From positions 82,601,848 through 82,645,202 of the forward strand of contig NC_057718.1 of NCBI RefSeq assembly GCF_004010195.1: 43,355 nucleotides of DNA, given 5' to 3'. This stretch comes from Chiloscyllium plagiosum (taxonomy: Eukaryota). The position numbers were made by a program, and so were the translations under genes. Each line of letters opens with the position of its first letter. Position 1 is the stretch's first letter. The notes below the pieces were generated by a model. The model was not told the DNA's origin. It saw only the letters and a program-made list of their open reading frames with translations, and did no database searches. Shown here in pieces: positions 25,365 to 37,060 of the stretch.

Positions 25365-25508
25365 GAAAGACTTAACAAGGAAAAGAAAATGACCAGGGAC
25401 TTGAGTGAAGCTGCTGCCAAACTCCAGCAGATGCTGAAGGCTACCCAGGAACAACTTAATAAGGAAAAAGAAACTGTTGTGAAGCTACAGGCACAGAGAC
25501 AGGAAAAG
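25365..25508 (+). CDS. RRBP1: RRBP1 exon K, ERLNKEKKMTRDLSEAAAKLQQMLKATQEQLNKEKETVVKLQAQRQEK
   Basis: acttgcag acceptor, aag|gtacat donor, 144 nt. Matches ERLEKEKKLTSDLGRAATRLQELLKTTQEQL. Confidence 0.95.
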
Positions 25509-25757
25509 GTACATTAACACAATGTTTTGTCAAGTTTTATTTTCCCTCTTCAACTGTGTATCTCTCTCCCTTTCTCCTTCTGTGTCCTTTCTATAAGCCA
25601 TGTATCCTATAAAGTTTGAATCTCTGCCTTTCATATTTCTCACCCTCTGTCCTTCCTCTTGTGTGTCCAGACTCTTTTGAAATATGTATGTCAAATAGTA
25701 CTTGCACACGTACCATTTTATTCCCAACACCACCTTGCACCTTACTTCAACTAACTG

Positions 25758-26508
25758 GAGTCATAAAGCTGTACAGCACAGAAACAGATCCTTTGGTCCA
25801 ACTCGTCCATGCCGACCAGATATCCTAAATTAATCTAGACCCATTTACCAGCACTTGGTCCATATCCCTCTAAACCCTTCCTATTCATATACCCATCCAG
25901 ATGCCTTTTAAATGCTGTAATTGTACCAGCCTCCTCCACTTCCTCTGGCAGTTTATTCCATACACGTACCACCCTCTGTGTGAAATGGTTGCCCCTTAGC
26001 TCCCTTTTATATCTTTCCCCTCTCACCTTAAATCTATGCCCTCTAGTTCTGGACTCCCTGACCCCAGGGAAAAAACTTTGTCAATTTACCCTATCCATGC
26101 CCCTCATGATTTTATAAACCTCTATAAGATCACCCCTCAGCCTCCGACGCGCCAGGGAAAACAGCCCCAGCCGTTCAGTCTCTCCCTATAGCTCAAATCA
26201 TCCAACCCTAGCAACATCCTTGTAAATCGTTTCTGAATCCTTTCAAGTTTCACAGCATCCTTCTAACAGGAAGGAGACGAGAATTGCATGCCATATTCCA
26301 AAAGTAGCCTAACAAATGTCCTGTACAGTGGCAACTTGACCTCCCAACTCCAATTCTCAATTGCCTCACCAATAAAGGAAAGCATACCAAACACCTTCTT
26401 CACTATCCTATCCAGGAACTATGAACCTGCTCTCCAAGGTCTCTTTGCTCAGCAACACTCTCTGGGACCTTACCATTAAGTCCTGCTCTGATTTGTTTTT
26501 TCCAAAAT
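25758..26508 (-). mobile_element. CR1 LINE 3' fragment
   Basis: RGNHFTQRVVRVWNKLPEEV...FKRHLD peptide; same 3' tail as other copies. Confidence 0.93.
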
Positions 26509-26514
26509 CCAAAT

Positions 26515-27126
26515 TCCAAAAGGATTGTGTAATCCAAGATGGAGGATGGGAAAAAGTTATTGCTGTAAGAGCTGCTCCTTCTTTGAGGTATTTAAGGTGT
26601 TGGAGGTTACTTCCTCGAATTCCAGGAGCAGCAATTACTGTTTTATCTGCTGTTGCGTTGTTTTGGAATTTTGGGGGAAGAAAGTCAAAGCAACGACATT
26701 TTTAAAATGGAGAAAGACAAGCAAAAGGCAGTGACCACCTGGTTAGTGAGGGAGAGAGAGAGAAAAAAAACCTACACTGCTAACTGACACAGCAGTGAAC
26801 CTGCACAGTTACTGTCTTTACTGTTTGAGTTCATGTATCACTGGACATCGGAGTGTATCCAGGAAACATTCACAAACAGTGAAATTCACAGCTGACTTTG
26901 GAGGAACCTGTGTGGAAGAGTTCATGGCACAGGAACAGATAAGTGCATAGTTTTTACATGTAACCTTGCTGTAAGTCTACAGTAGTGAGTGGAGTGGGTT
27001 GTTTCATGATCATATGTTTTATTGAAATCTGTCTCTTGATTAAATTTTAAAAATAGAATTTTCAAACAAGCTAACTCTGGAATTATATTATACTACTGAT
27101 ATGAAGGGCTATCCTGCGTTCATACA
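26515..27126. mobile_element. Possible partial LTR-like repeat
   Basis: Ends in ...gttcataca, with GA-rich and A-run internal organisation. No TSD or left terminus found. Confidence 0.35.
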
Positions 27127-27379
27127 AAAGCTTTTATTTGGGATGGTCCACCTAAATGATAGGATTTCCATATTACAAAAAGCGATAAAGGTTCTTGGGT
27201 ATTGTTCTAGGTTTGAGTTGCACTGGCTTTTTTGGGCATATCATGACAAGGCATACAAATGAGGTGCTGAGTGGGCCTCATGGCAAATGGCATGGATTGG
27301 TACTAGCTAGCGTGAAACTATTCCTCATTGAGGTTGACTGCCGTCAGCCCTGGAACTGTACCTCAGTGTTTACGGCACC

Positions 27380-28256
27380 TTCCAATGCAGTTGCAGGTGT
27401 AATACCTGCCTGTTTGCCTCCTCCATTCTCACAATCCAGACACAGCTCCCAGGTGAATCAGTGATTTACCTGTACTTCACTCACTCTACTCTATCACTGT
27501 TCCCAGTCTGGTCTTTTCCTATATCGGTAAAAGCAGACTGGGTGACATCGTTGCGGACCAGCTGTGTTCTTTCCACAAAAATGACCCCAAGTTTCCAGTT
27601 GCCTGCCACGTCAACCACCATGTTCCCACTCCAACATTTCTGTCTCAGGCCTGCTACAGTATTCCAACGAGCCTCAGCGCAAGCTCTTAGAGCAACATCT
27701 TATTTTCTATTTGGGGACCCTGCATCCTCAAGGACTTCACATCGAGTTCAATAACTTTACAGCCTGATTCCATCCTTCTATGTCTTTCACCCATCCCATA
27801 CCCGGTCCAATCCTGATACAGTCACCCCATCTCACATACTCCCATTGTCACATTATCTGGTTTGCTTTTAGTATGGGTCACCCATTCTCTCCTACTCTTA
27901 GCTTTAATTATCACTAATCTAACTTTTCTTCTGTCCTGGCCTGCTTTCCATATTGTCCTTGTTTATCTACCCTTTTCATACCCCTCTCTTTCTCTCTCTC
28001 GCGCTCTCTCTCTCTCGCGCTCTCTGTCTGGGTTCCACCTCCACCTATCCACTCACCCCTTCCCTTCACCCTTTTGCCAACTTGGTCTCCTGCGTAAATA
28101 CCACGTTTTCCCAGCTTCTAACAGTTCTGATGAAGAGTCACAGGATTCGAAATGTTAACTCTGCTTTCTTCCCACAGATGCTGCCAGACCTGCAGAGATT
28201 TGCCAGCAATTTCTGTTTTTGTTTTAGGTCTCCAGTTTCTGCAGTTTTATGTCTTA
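27380..28256 (+). mobile_element. Degenerate PLE 3' fragment (Neptune-type Cys linker + GIY-YIG remnant + pyrimidine-rich 3' region + hammerhead-bearing terminus)
   Basis: Frameshifted FQCSCRCNTC, FTCTS, YIG, RLGD and DPKFPVACH motifs. CTGATGA-A-GAGTC acag GATTC-GAAAT at 28127-28153, followed by cacagatgctgccagacctg...tttttgttt. Confidence 0.8.
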
Positions 28257-28268
28257 TTTACCCCAGTA

Positions 28269-29003
28269 CAGAGGAGCATCGATTATCTGAATGAGATGGG
28301 CAGGCAATATTTTGTTTGGATGATTGATTATTCGATTAATTCGTTCAATGCCTCTCCTCTGGGGCTCGGGGTTTTCTGAAGTTTTATTTCCTCGCTCTAC
28401 CTGCCTTGTTCCCTCTCTCTGTCTGAGTTTGTTTCTGAGCAGACACACAGTTGTGTGTAAGGGACCTGCAGCACTGCTGAGACCTCCCGCTCCTCCACCC
28501 ATCAGTTCAATGGGATTGACACAGCGAGCACTTGCTATGCCTGCTCCCCGTTGGGGAGACTCGGCAGCAGCACACCGTGCACACGCCCCTGGCCCCGCCC
28601 CCTTTGGGGGATGAGTTTCAAAATAGCGCGCACACACAAAAATTCTTATTGCTACTTTTTCACAGGTTCAACCTTTCCCACCTGTACAGGACAATATTGA
28701 AGAGATTATATGGGGAAGGGGGGGTTTAGCGTACACCCCAGGGTAGGACTCCAGGGAAAGTGTGGGGGGAGAGGGGGAGGGTAGGAGACAGTTATTTGGA
28801 GATGGTGCCTGGGCTCCCATCGATGTCCAGGACTGTTCTCGGCAGCATTTCAGTAAACCGAGTTCACTTTTAATCACTATAAACAAGACACTATCAATGT
28901 TGGAATCGCATCTTTGATGTAATGTTTCTATCGGGACTTTGAGATCCTCTTCAGATAATCCAAAATTCAGATAATTGATATTTGGATAATCGAGGTTCCT
29001 CTG
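28269..29003. mobile_element. Non-autonomous pogo/Tigger-like (Tc1/mariner) DNA transposon, 735 bp
   Basis: TA|CAGAGGAGCATCGATTATCTGA ... TTGGATAATCGAGGTTCCTCTG|TA imperfect TIRs, TA TSD, repeated subterminal GATAAT motifs. No transposase ORF. Confidence 0.85.
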
Positions 29004-29123
29004 TATTTACTGTTGGGGGTCTGTGAGGCTACGGATATAACAATTAGTTTTGGAATTGTTATAATTGAGCCCGATCTGTTTTAAGTTTTTCTCACCTGTA
29101 TAATGCACTCTGTTCTTTTTTAG

Positions 29124-29177
29124 GAAGAGGAGAGGGCAGTGATGGAGGAAGGTATGAAGGAGGGGACATCTGTCTAA
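29124..29177 (+). CDS. RRBP1: RRBP1 terminal coding exon, EEERAVMEEGMKEGTSV*
   Basis: ttcttttttag acceptor, TAA at 29175-29177. Ends in KEGTSV, the RRBP1 C-terminus as recalled from human. Confidence 0.95.
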   Translation, partial: EEERAVMEEGMKEGTSV

Positions 29178-29735
29178 AGAGCCTACAGTTGCAGTGAACA
29201 CTACTCGAACTTGCCAGATGCCTTACAGATATAATAGTTCTTATGCCATTCCTAAACCATGCGCTCAGTATTGTACTGTAGTTAATTATGAACTGTTAGT
29301 GAGCCAGTCAAAAGTTTGAAAAAGTTCTAGTCACCAATTTTTTAAAAAGCTTTTTTGACTTTTCTTCTCATTTTAAGACATATTACAACCAATGAGCCCT
29401 GACTGTGTCAGTGAGCTGAAATCTAGATGTCCACTTTGTATATGAAACAAAATGACCTGAATGCTCAGTTTACATGAAAAGGGAAGCAAATGTACTGTTT
29501 TGGGGAATGTACATTGAATTGTGCAATTATTATTATTTTTTCTTCAAGAAAAAATGAATAAGCAAGAGGAAAGGAGCAAATGAAGTTTAGGTCTTTCAAT
29601 GATTTTTATTCAGCTGTGAGGCAAACCTTGACCAGTGACATGACCGGGTTGTCAACAGAACAAGTTTTCACAACATTTTTTGTTTTTCTAAAAGTTGTCA
29701 GTACGACAAATAAAACATTGTAACCGCTGTTCACT
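29178..29735 (+). other. RRBP1: RRBP1 3'UTR (3' end approximate)
   Basis: AT-rich stretch with no recognisable repeat between the stop codon and the first canonical AATAAA. Confidence 0.65.
29709..29714 (+). promoter_or_regulatory. Polyadenylation signal AATAAA
   Basis: First canonical hexamer after the stop codon, with U-rich upstream sequence. Confidence 0.7.
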
Positions 29736-31396
29736 GCCCCATGTGATCTTTCCATTGGGAATATCAAGGGATGAGTTGAACACCAAGATTCACTTTCAAA
29801 TTCATGACATGGGGCTTATCCAAATGTCTGCTCTTCCTAAGAATGCTGTCACACCTGTTTGGCTATGGGGTGCACTGGGGGTCTGAATTTAGCCGTGACC
29901 TGGTGTCTGTATTTGTGCACTTTGTCAATAGACAGAGATGAAATGGATACCATGGATTATTACACTGTTCATGACCCCAGCTGTGCATGACCCCTTACTG
30001 TTACCTTGGTTAATTTAAAAAACCTTTCTGACCTTACAGTCTAGTTCTACATCACAAAGTGCATTTATCAAATAATGTAAATAGGAAAACTTTCTCAATA
30101 TTTTGAAGACATAGGAATGAAAATCAGTAGCTGAATTCATAGAATTAATGTTTGCACAGTTCCAGTCTGAATATAAAGGGTTTGGGGACAAAGTAAAGAG
30201 AGAAGTAAGCAAGTGAAAAGAAGGTATGAGGAGAGACCGGCAGCTAACAGCAAAAGGAACACAAAACCCTTCTTTTGGGTTTTAAATAGTTAAAGTGGAT
30301 TTGGAGTTGAAAAGGAACCAAAAAAAGGATTTAACACATGGAGGCAGAGGGAACGACTGAGATTTTAACTTAGTACTTTGCAGTTGTCTTTACCAAAGAA
30401 GAAGATGCTAACAAAATCATCATAGAAGAAGGGTTAGATAATACGCTGGATGAATGAAAATCATAGAGAGAGAAGTTACTTGAAAGGCTGGATATACTGC
30501 AAGTCAATAAGGCAACAGAACCAGATCAGATTTGTCTCAGCTGCAGAGGGAAATCAAGATGAAAATTGACAAGGCAGTGGCCATAATATTCCAATCCTCT
30601 TCAGAGACCAGGATACTGGCAGAGAACTGGATCAATACAAAATGTGCACCTAGTTCAGCGACTCAAAGCAAGTCAGACTAAGTTCAGTGATGAAAAATCT
30701 TCTAGAAATTAAACAGAAGTAACAAGCACGTGGATAAATGCATATTATTTAAGGAAAATCAGAAGATTTGTTCAATGCAAACTGTCGACTATGTGTTTCT
30801 TTTTGATGAGATAACAAGGAGGGCTAAGGGCAATGAAGGTGAGGTGGTGTTCATAAACCTCCAAAATGTGTTTAATAAAGTACCACAAAACAGACCTGTC
30901 AGCAAAATTAAAGCCCATGCAAAGGCAAGGATGGAGTCCATTTTGATTTAATCCCTCCCTACCTTTCCCTTACCCTTAATGGGACTTTGCCTGTAAATTA
31001 ATCAGTTGTAAAACATGGGTGATTTACTGATTAATAGGTGAAAATCATCACAGGCATTTGGTGATGGAAAAAACTGTTGTGTGTGATAGCACGTCTAGAT
31101 CTGAAAAAGAGCAAAGAAAGAAACGGTTAGTGACAATGTGGATACAGTATTGGCTGAGTGACCAGATACAGGATAGTGCTGAATAGGTTTCTTTTCCCTC
31201 AGAGTGGAGGAAGGGTTTTGGTGGATACACAGTGGTTGGGCCCTAGGTCTACTGTTCTTCTTGATTTATGTTAATGGATTAAACTTGGGTTTCAGGGAAA
31301 TAATGCACTTTAAGGATAGCGATGGATTACAGCAGGACTCTAATGGGCTGCTAGAATAGGTGGCTATGTAACAGATGAAATTTGATGCAGGAAGTT

Positions 31397-31730
31397 GGGC
31401 TGGCCTGGTCGTTCAGTGGTTTGCACTGCTGTCTTACAGCACCAGGGACTTGGGTTTGATTCCAGTCTTGGGCAGCTGTCTGTGTGGAGTTTGCACATTC
31501 TCCCCGGGTCTGTGTGGGTTTCTGCCAGATCTCTGGTTTTGTCCAACAGTGATGTGCAGGTTAGGTGGATTGACCATGCTAAATTGTCTGTAGAACAAGG
31601 ACATGTAGGCTAGGTGGATTAGCCATGGGAAATGTGGGGATAGGGGTTGGGTCTGGGTCTGGGTGAGAAGCTCTTTAGAGGATCAGTGTGGACTTGATGG
31701 GCTGAATGACTTCCTCCTGCACCGTACGGA
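31397..31730 (+). mobile_element. HE1-like tRNA-derived V-SINE (older copy, inside a CR1)
   Basis: Diverged head, V-domain tgtctgtgtggagtttgcacattctcccc, tail ggacttgatgggctgaatgacttcct. Confidence 0.85.
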
Positions 31731-31929
31731 CACAATGAAATTGGGAAGTGATAGAAGGAATGTGGAGAGCCAATATGAAATCTAAAGAATTTCTAAACGG
31801 TGCAGAAGCAGGGGGATCTGGATAGTTAGATTCTTTTGAAACACATGAAACCAATAAAATAATTAACAACCATTTGGAATGTGATGCTGTAACCTCCCAA
31901 TGACTAACCACAGAAACTAATGGTACCAT

Positions 31930-32040
31930 ATTAAATTACAATGTCACTCTGGGTGATGATGCAGCATTCCAGCCCCTGCAGCTCCCACTGGTTGTGGAAT
32001 GCCTCGAGTGCTATTAGACACTGTATGCTCCTTCACACAT
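31930..32040 (-). mobile_element. Tx1-like ORF2 C-terminal fragment
   Basis: Minus strand KEHTVS...LEAFHNQWELQGLEC. Confidence 0.55.
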
Positions 32041-32609
32041 GGGGGTGAACATCAAATTGGAAGAGAGATCAGCGGTTGAACCAAACAATCCTAAACCCTT
32101 GGCTGCCTGGACCTGCTAATGGCTAGACACAGGGGCAGCCTCATAACGGGGCTATCTGATCTGCTTGTCTCTCTCTGAACTGGTGGTGAAAGATCAGGAG
32201 CATGGAGATGAAGTGTAACAAAACATTGAGCAGTGCAACTTCACACATCCTATGTAGACATGGGACACAGACTCCACAAGGCTGCAGGGGGTTCTGTAAC
32301 TCGGGACTTGTAAACTGACAGCCTTCTCTGAGTGGAATCGTGGCAAACGATACCCTCCATACCCAAAGGAGAAGGGAGGAGTTGGTCTAGCTCTGTGTGG
32401 TAGATTACTACCATTCCAGGAGGCAGGACTGAATACTGCACCATGTGCTGACAGCCGCTGAGGGTGAAGAAGGTGAAAGTGTGCAAGAATCCCCTCTCTC
32501 TGGAGAGTCGAACTGTACAGAATGGTTTTCTGCAAGACAGCCCCGATTGTGGGGCTGAGGCTCCATCTAGAGGAAATGTACTTGTGAGAACAACAATTAT
32601 AAGGTAACT

Positions 32610-32782
32610 ACTGAATGAGCTGCCCTTTGAAAGGACACTAACAAAAGAGCAAAAACTATTAAAGGAAACTTAAGAAATTAGAATAATGTTCCCAGGGCTG
32701 ATGATGCACTCCAGCCCCTGTGGCTTCCAATGGTCAAAAAAATGCCTTTAAGTGTATCCTTGTATTAGCTCCTTTTCCAGGT
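32610..32782 (-). mobile_element. Tx1-like ORF2 C-terminal fragment with 3'UTR
   Basis: Minus strand LEKE...FFDHWKPQGLECII; homologous to 31930-32040. Confidence 0.55.
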
Positions 32783-32922
32783 TGCTGTCCAGGTGGTACG
32801 TATACACAGGATGTTGAAAACCGCAGGACAGGTTGAGAAAGCGGTTCATGAGGCAGGTGAGATCCTAGGCTTTATAATTAGAAGCATAGCGCAGAAATTC
32901 CCCTCCTTATACATGATGACTA

Positions 32923-34051
32923 ACGTAGAACATAGAACATTACAGCACAGTATAGGCCCTTCAGCACTCCATGTTGCCCCAACCTGTGGAACCAAACTGA
33001 AGCCTATCTATCCTATACTATTCCATTTTCATCCATATGTTTATCCAATGGCCATTTAAATGCCCTTAAAGTTGTTGAGTTGACTACTGATGCAGGCAGG
33101 GAATTCCATGCCCTTACTACTCTGAATAAAGAACTTACCTCTGACATCTGTCCTACATCTATCACCCCTCAGTTTAAAGCTATGTCCCCTCATGCTAATC
33201 ATCACAATTTGAGGAAAAAAGCTCTCACTGTCCACCCTGCTCATCCTCTGATCATCTTGTATGTCTCTACTAAGTCACCACTTAACCTTCTCTCTATCAA
33301 AAACAGCCTCAAGTTCCTCAGCCTTTTCTCATAAGACCTTCCCTCAACACCAAGCAACATCCTGGTAAATCTCCTCTGCACCCTTTCCCAAACTTTTACA
33401 TCCTTCCTATAATGCCGCAACCAGAACTGTATGCAACACTCCAAGTGTGGCCATACCAGAGTTTTGTACAGCTGCAACATGACCTCATGGCTCCAAAACT
33501 CAATCCCTCCATCAATAAAAGCTAACACACCATATACCTTCTTAACGACCCTATCAAACTGGGTGGCAACTTTCAAGGATCTATGCAAACAGACACCAAG
33601 ATCTTTCTGCTCATCCACACTACCAAGAATCTTACCATTAGCCCAGTACTGTATTCCTGTTATTCCTTCCAAAGCGAATCACCTCACATTTTACCACATT
33701 AAACTCCATTTGCCACCTCTCAACCCAGCTCTGCAGCTTAACTATGTCCCTCTGCAACATCCTTCAGCACTATCCACAACTCCACTGACCTTAGTGTCAG
33801 CTGCAAATTTACTAACCCATCCTTCTACGTCCTCATCTAGGTCATTTATAAAAATGACAATAGCAGTGGACCCAAAACAGCGCCTTGCAGTACATCACCA
33901 GTAACTGAACTCCAGGATGAACATTTCCTATCAACCACCACACTCTGTCTTCTTTCAGCTAGCCAATTTCTGATCCAAATCGCTCAATCATCCACAATCC
34001 CATGTCTCCGTATTTTCTGCAAGAGCCTATTGTGAGGAACTTTATCAAATG
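32923..34051 (-). mobile_element. CR1 LINE 3' fragment, (CATAGAA) tail subfamily
   Basis: ORF 33241-33672 DLGV.LHRSLKVA.Q...LYKTLV.PHLE.C.QFW. Confidence 0.93.
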
Positions 34052-34319
34052 TAGGAGAAAGGGCTGAGAGCTTATGAGCTAGAGGCTGAACAATGGAGAC
34101 TGCAACACGTCAGGTGTAGAGTGGGCAGGTGCTGCATTCCTCCCAGCAGGGGCTACTTACACCTCACAGGATAGGAACTTCTGATTTGGTCAGTGGTCAC
34201 GTGACTATGACAGAGGCATTTAAGGGGAGCCACAGGACTGGAGCACCTCTAGGTGTCCAATAGGTTGAAGGTTCTCTCAGCCTGTTCGGATTAGAGCCAG
34301 GGCTGCAGGTTCAAACTGA

Positions 34320-37060
34320 GCCAATTTGATTCCCTCCACGTGACATCAGCAAATGGTTGGCACTGGCAAATGTAAAGGCTATGGGCCTGGACAACGTTCT
34401 GGCAATCGTACTGAAGGCTTGTGTTCCAGAACTTGCTGCTCCCCTGGCCAAGCTCTTCCAGGACAGTTATAAGACTGGGATCTACCCGACAATGTGGAAA
34501 ATTGCCCAGGTATGTTCTGTACATAAAAAGCAGGATAAATCCAAACCAGCCAATTACCACCCCATCACTCTACTCTTGATCATTAGGAAAGTGATGCAAG
34601 GTGTCATCAGCAATGCTCTCACGCAGCACCTGCCCAGCAATAAACTGCTCAATGACACCCAGATTGGGTTCCACCAGGGCCACTCAGCTGCTAACCTCAT
34701 ACAGCCCCAATCATAGACAAAAGAGCTAAATTCCAGAGAGTGAGGTGACAGTGATAGTCTTTAACATCAAAGTTACATTCGGCTAAATATGGCAACATGG
34801 AGAGCGAGCAAAACTGGAATCGTAGAGTTACTGAGATGGACGGCATAGAAAAAGATCCTTCGGTCCAACTTGTCCATGCCAACCAGATATTCTAAATAAA
34901 TCCAGCATTTGGCCCATATCCCTCCAACCCCTTCCTAATCATACAGCCATCTAGATGCCTTTTAAATGTTGTAATTGTACCAGCCTCCACCACTTCCTCT
35001 GGCAGCTCATTCCATACACGCACTATCCTCTGTATTAACATGTTGCCCCTTAGGTCCCTTTTAAGTCTTTCCCCTCTCTCCTTAAACCTGTGCCCTCTCA
35101 TGTTGAACTCTCCCACCCCAGGGAATAGACCTTGTCTATTTATCCTATCCATGCCCCTCATGATTTTATAAATCTCTACACGGTCACCACTCAGCCTCTG
35201 ATGTTCCAGGGAAAACAGCCTCAGCCTGTTCAGCCTCTCCCTATAGTTCAAATCCTCCAACTCTGGCAACATCCTTGTAAATCTTTTCTGAACCCTTTCA
35301 AGTTTCACAACATCCTTCCTGTAGCAAGAAGACCAGAACTGAATACAATATTCCAAAAGTGACTTCCCCAATGTCCTGTACAACTGCAACACAACCCCCA
35401 ACTCCTATACTCATCCCGTTGTACTCTGAGGTAGCCTTCTTCACTATCCAGTACACCTCCAATTTTGGTGTTGTCTGCAAATTTACCAACAGTACTTCCT
35501 TTATTCACATTCAAATCATTTATATAAATGACAAAAAGCAGTGGACCCAGCACCAATCCTTGAGGTGCACCACTGGTCACAGGCCTCGAATCTGAATAAC
35601 AACCCTCCACCATCCTCTGTTTCCTACCTTTGAGCCAATTTTGTATCTGAATGGCTAGTTATTCCCATATTCCATACAATCTAACCTTGCTAACCAGTAT
35701 ACCATGCAGAACTTTGTCACACACCTTACTGAAGTCCATATAGACAACGTCCACCACTCTGCCTTCATCAATCCTCTTTTTCACTTCTTCAAAAACCTCA
35801 AGTTTGTGAGATGCAATTTCCCAAGCACAAAACCATGTTGACTATCCCTAAGCAGTCCTTACCTTTCCAAATACATGTAAATCCTATCCCTCAGGATTCC
35901 CTCCAACAACTTGCCCACCACCAACATCAGGCTCACTGGTCTATAGTTCCCTAGCTTGTCCTTACCACCTTTCCTAAAACAGTGGCACCACGTTTGCCAA
36001 CCTCCAGTCTTCCAGCACCTCACCTGTGACTATCGATGATACAAATATCTCAGCAAGGGGCCCAGCAATCATTTCCCTAGCTTTCTGTAAAGTTCTAGGG
36101 TACACCTGATCAGGTCCAAGGATTTATCCACCTTTATGCATCTTAAGACATCCAACACCACCTCCTCTGTAATATAGTCACTTTTCAAGGTATCATTATT
36201 TATTTACCCAAGATGTCTAGCTTCCACATTCTCCTCAGCAGTAAATACTGATACATTTTGTAACTCACCCATTTCCTGCGGGTTTCACACATATGAATAC
36301 AAGGGAGCAGTCATGCCTAGTAAATAGGAAGATGGCCTTGGTTGTTGGAAGGTAGTCATCTCAGCTTCAGGACATTTCTACAGGAGTTCCTCAGTGTATT
36401 GTCCAAGGCCCAACTATCTTCAATTGTTTCATCAATGATGTTCCTTCATCATAAGGTTAGAGTGGGGATGTTTGCTGATGATTGCATAATATTCAGCACC
36501 ATTCATGGCTCTTCAGATACTGAAGCAGTCCATGCTCAAATGCACCAAAATCAGGATAGTATCCAGGCTTTGGCTGACAAGTGACAAGAAACACAAGTGG
36601 CACCACACAAATGCCAGACTATGACCATCACCAATAAGAGACAAGCTAACTATCACCTTTGACATTCAATGATCTTACCATCACTGAAATCCCCAACTAT
36701 TAATATCCCAGTGGTTACCGTTCACCTGAAACGTAACTAGACTCACCACATAATCACAATGGCTACCGAAGCAGGTCAGAGATTAGGAATACTGCGGTGA
36801 CTAACTCAACTCCTGACTCCCCCAAGCCCCAATCATCTACAAGGGGCAAGTGTGATGGAGTATTCCCCACATTGCCTGAATGGATGCAGTTTCAACAATA
36901 CTCAGGCACTTGATTGACAGTACATCCACCAATGGTTTGCAGGTGGACCGCAGCGGTTCAAGAAGGCAGTTCACCACCACCTTCGCAAGGGCAAATAGGG
37001 GCAGGCAATAAATGCTGGCCAGCTAGTGATGCCCGCATCCCAAGAATGAATTAATACAAA
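34320..37060 (+). mobile_element. Second CR1-superfamily LINE family (RT to 3' end), split by the CR1 at 34823-36288
   Basis: KAMGLDN...PELAAPLAKLFQ...W..A.V..VHKK.DKS.PANY.PI.LL; MFADDC; 3' end aataaatgctggcc...cccaagaatgaa. Confidence 0.85.
34823..36288 (-). mobile_element. CR1 LINE ORF2 RT/3' fragment nested in another LINE
   Basis: VTSGAPQGLVLGPLLFVIYINDL and KFADNTKIGG RT motifs; C-terminal ORF 34892-35401. Confidence 0.94.

Larger units (their letters stand above)
30190..32895 (+). mobile_element. Old CR1 ORF2, interrupted by a V-SINE and a ~970-bp composite insert (31822-32792)
   Basis: YFAVVFTKE, IIFQSS, FNKVP, QMKFD motifs; resumes as VRIHRMLKTAGQVEKAV...ILGFI. Confidence 0.75.

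Noticed and set aside
28254..28729. GC-rich overlapping ORFs
   Set aside because: Internal to the non-autonomous DNA transposon; no transposase motifs.
961..29177. Alternative identification as kinectin (KTN1)
   Set aside because: QSTLQADCDQYR, EGMLKDLQKSVEEEE and terminal KEGTSV match RRBP1 as recalled.
31950..32775. ~80-bp direct repeats ~745 bp apart resembling LTRs or retrozyme repeats
   Set aside because: Both translate on the minus strand as Tx1-like ORF2 C-termini; no TG...CA ends, TSD or ribozyme core.
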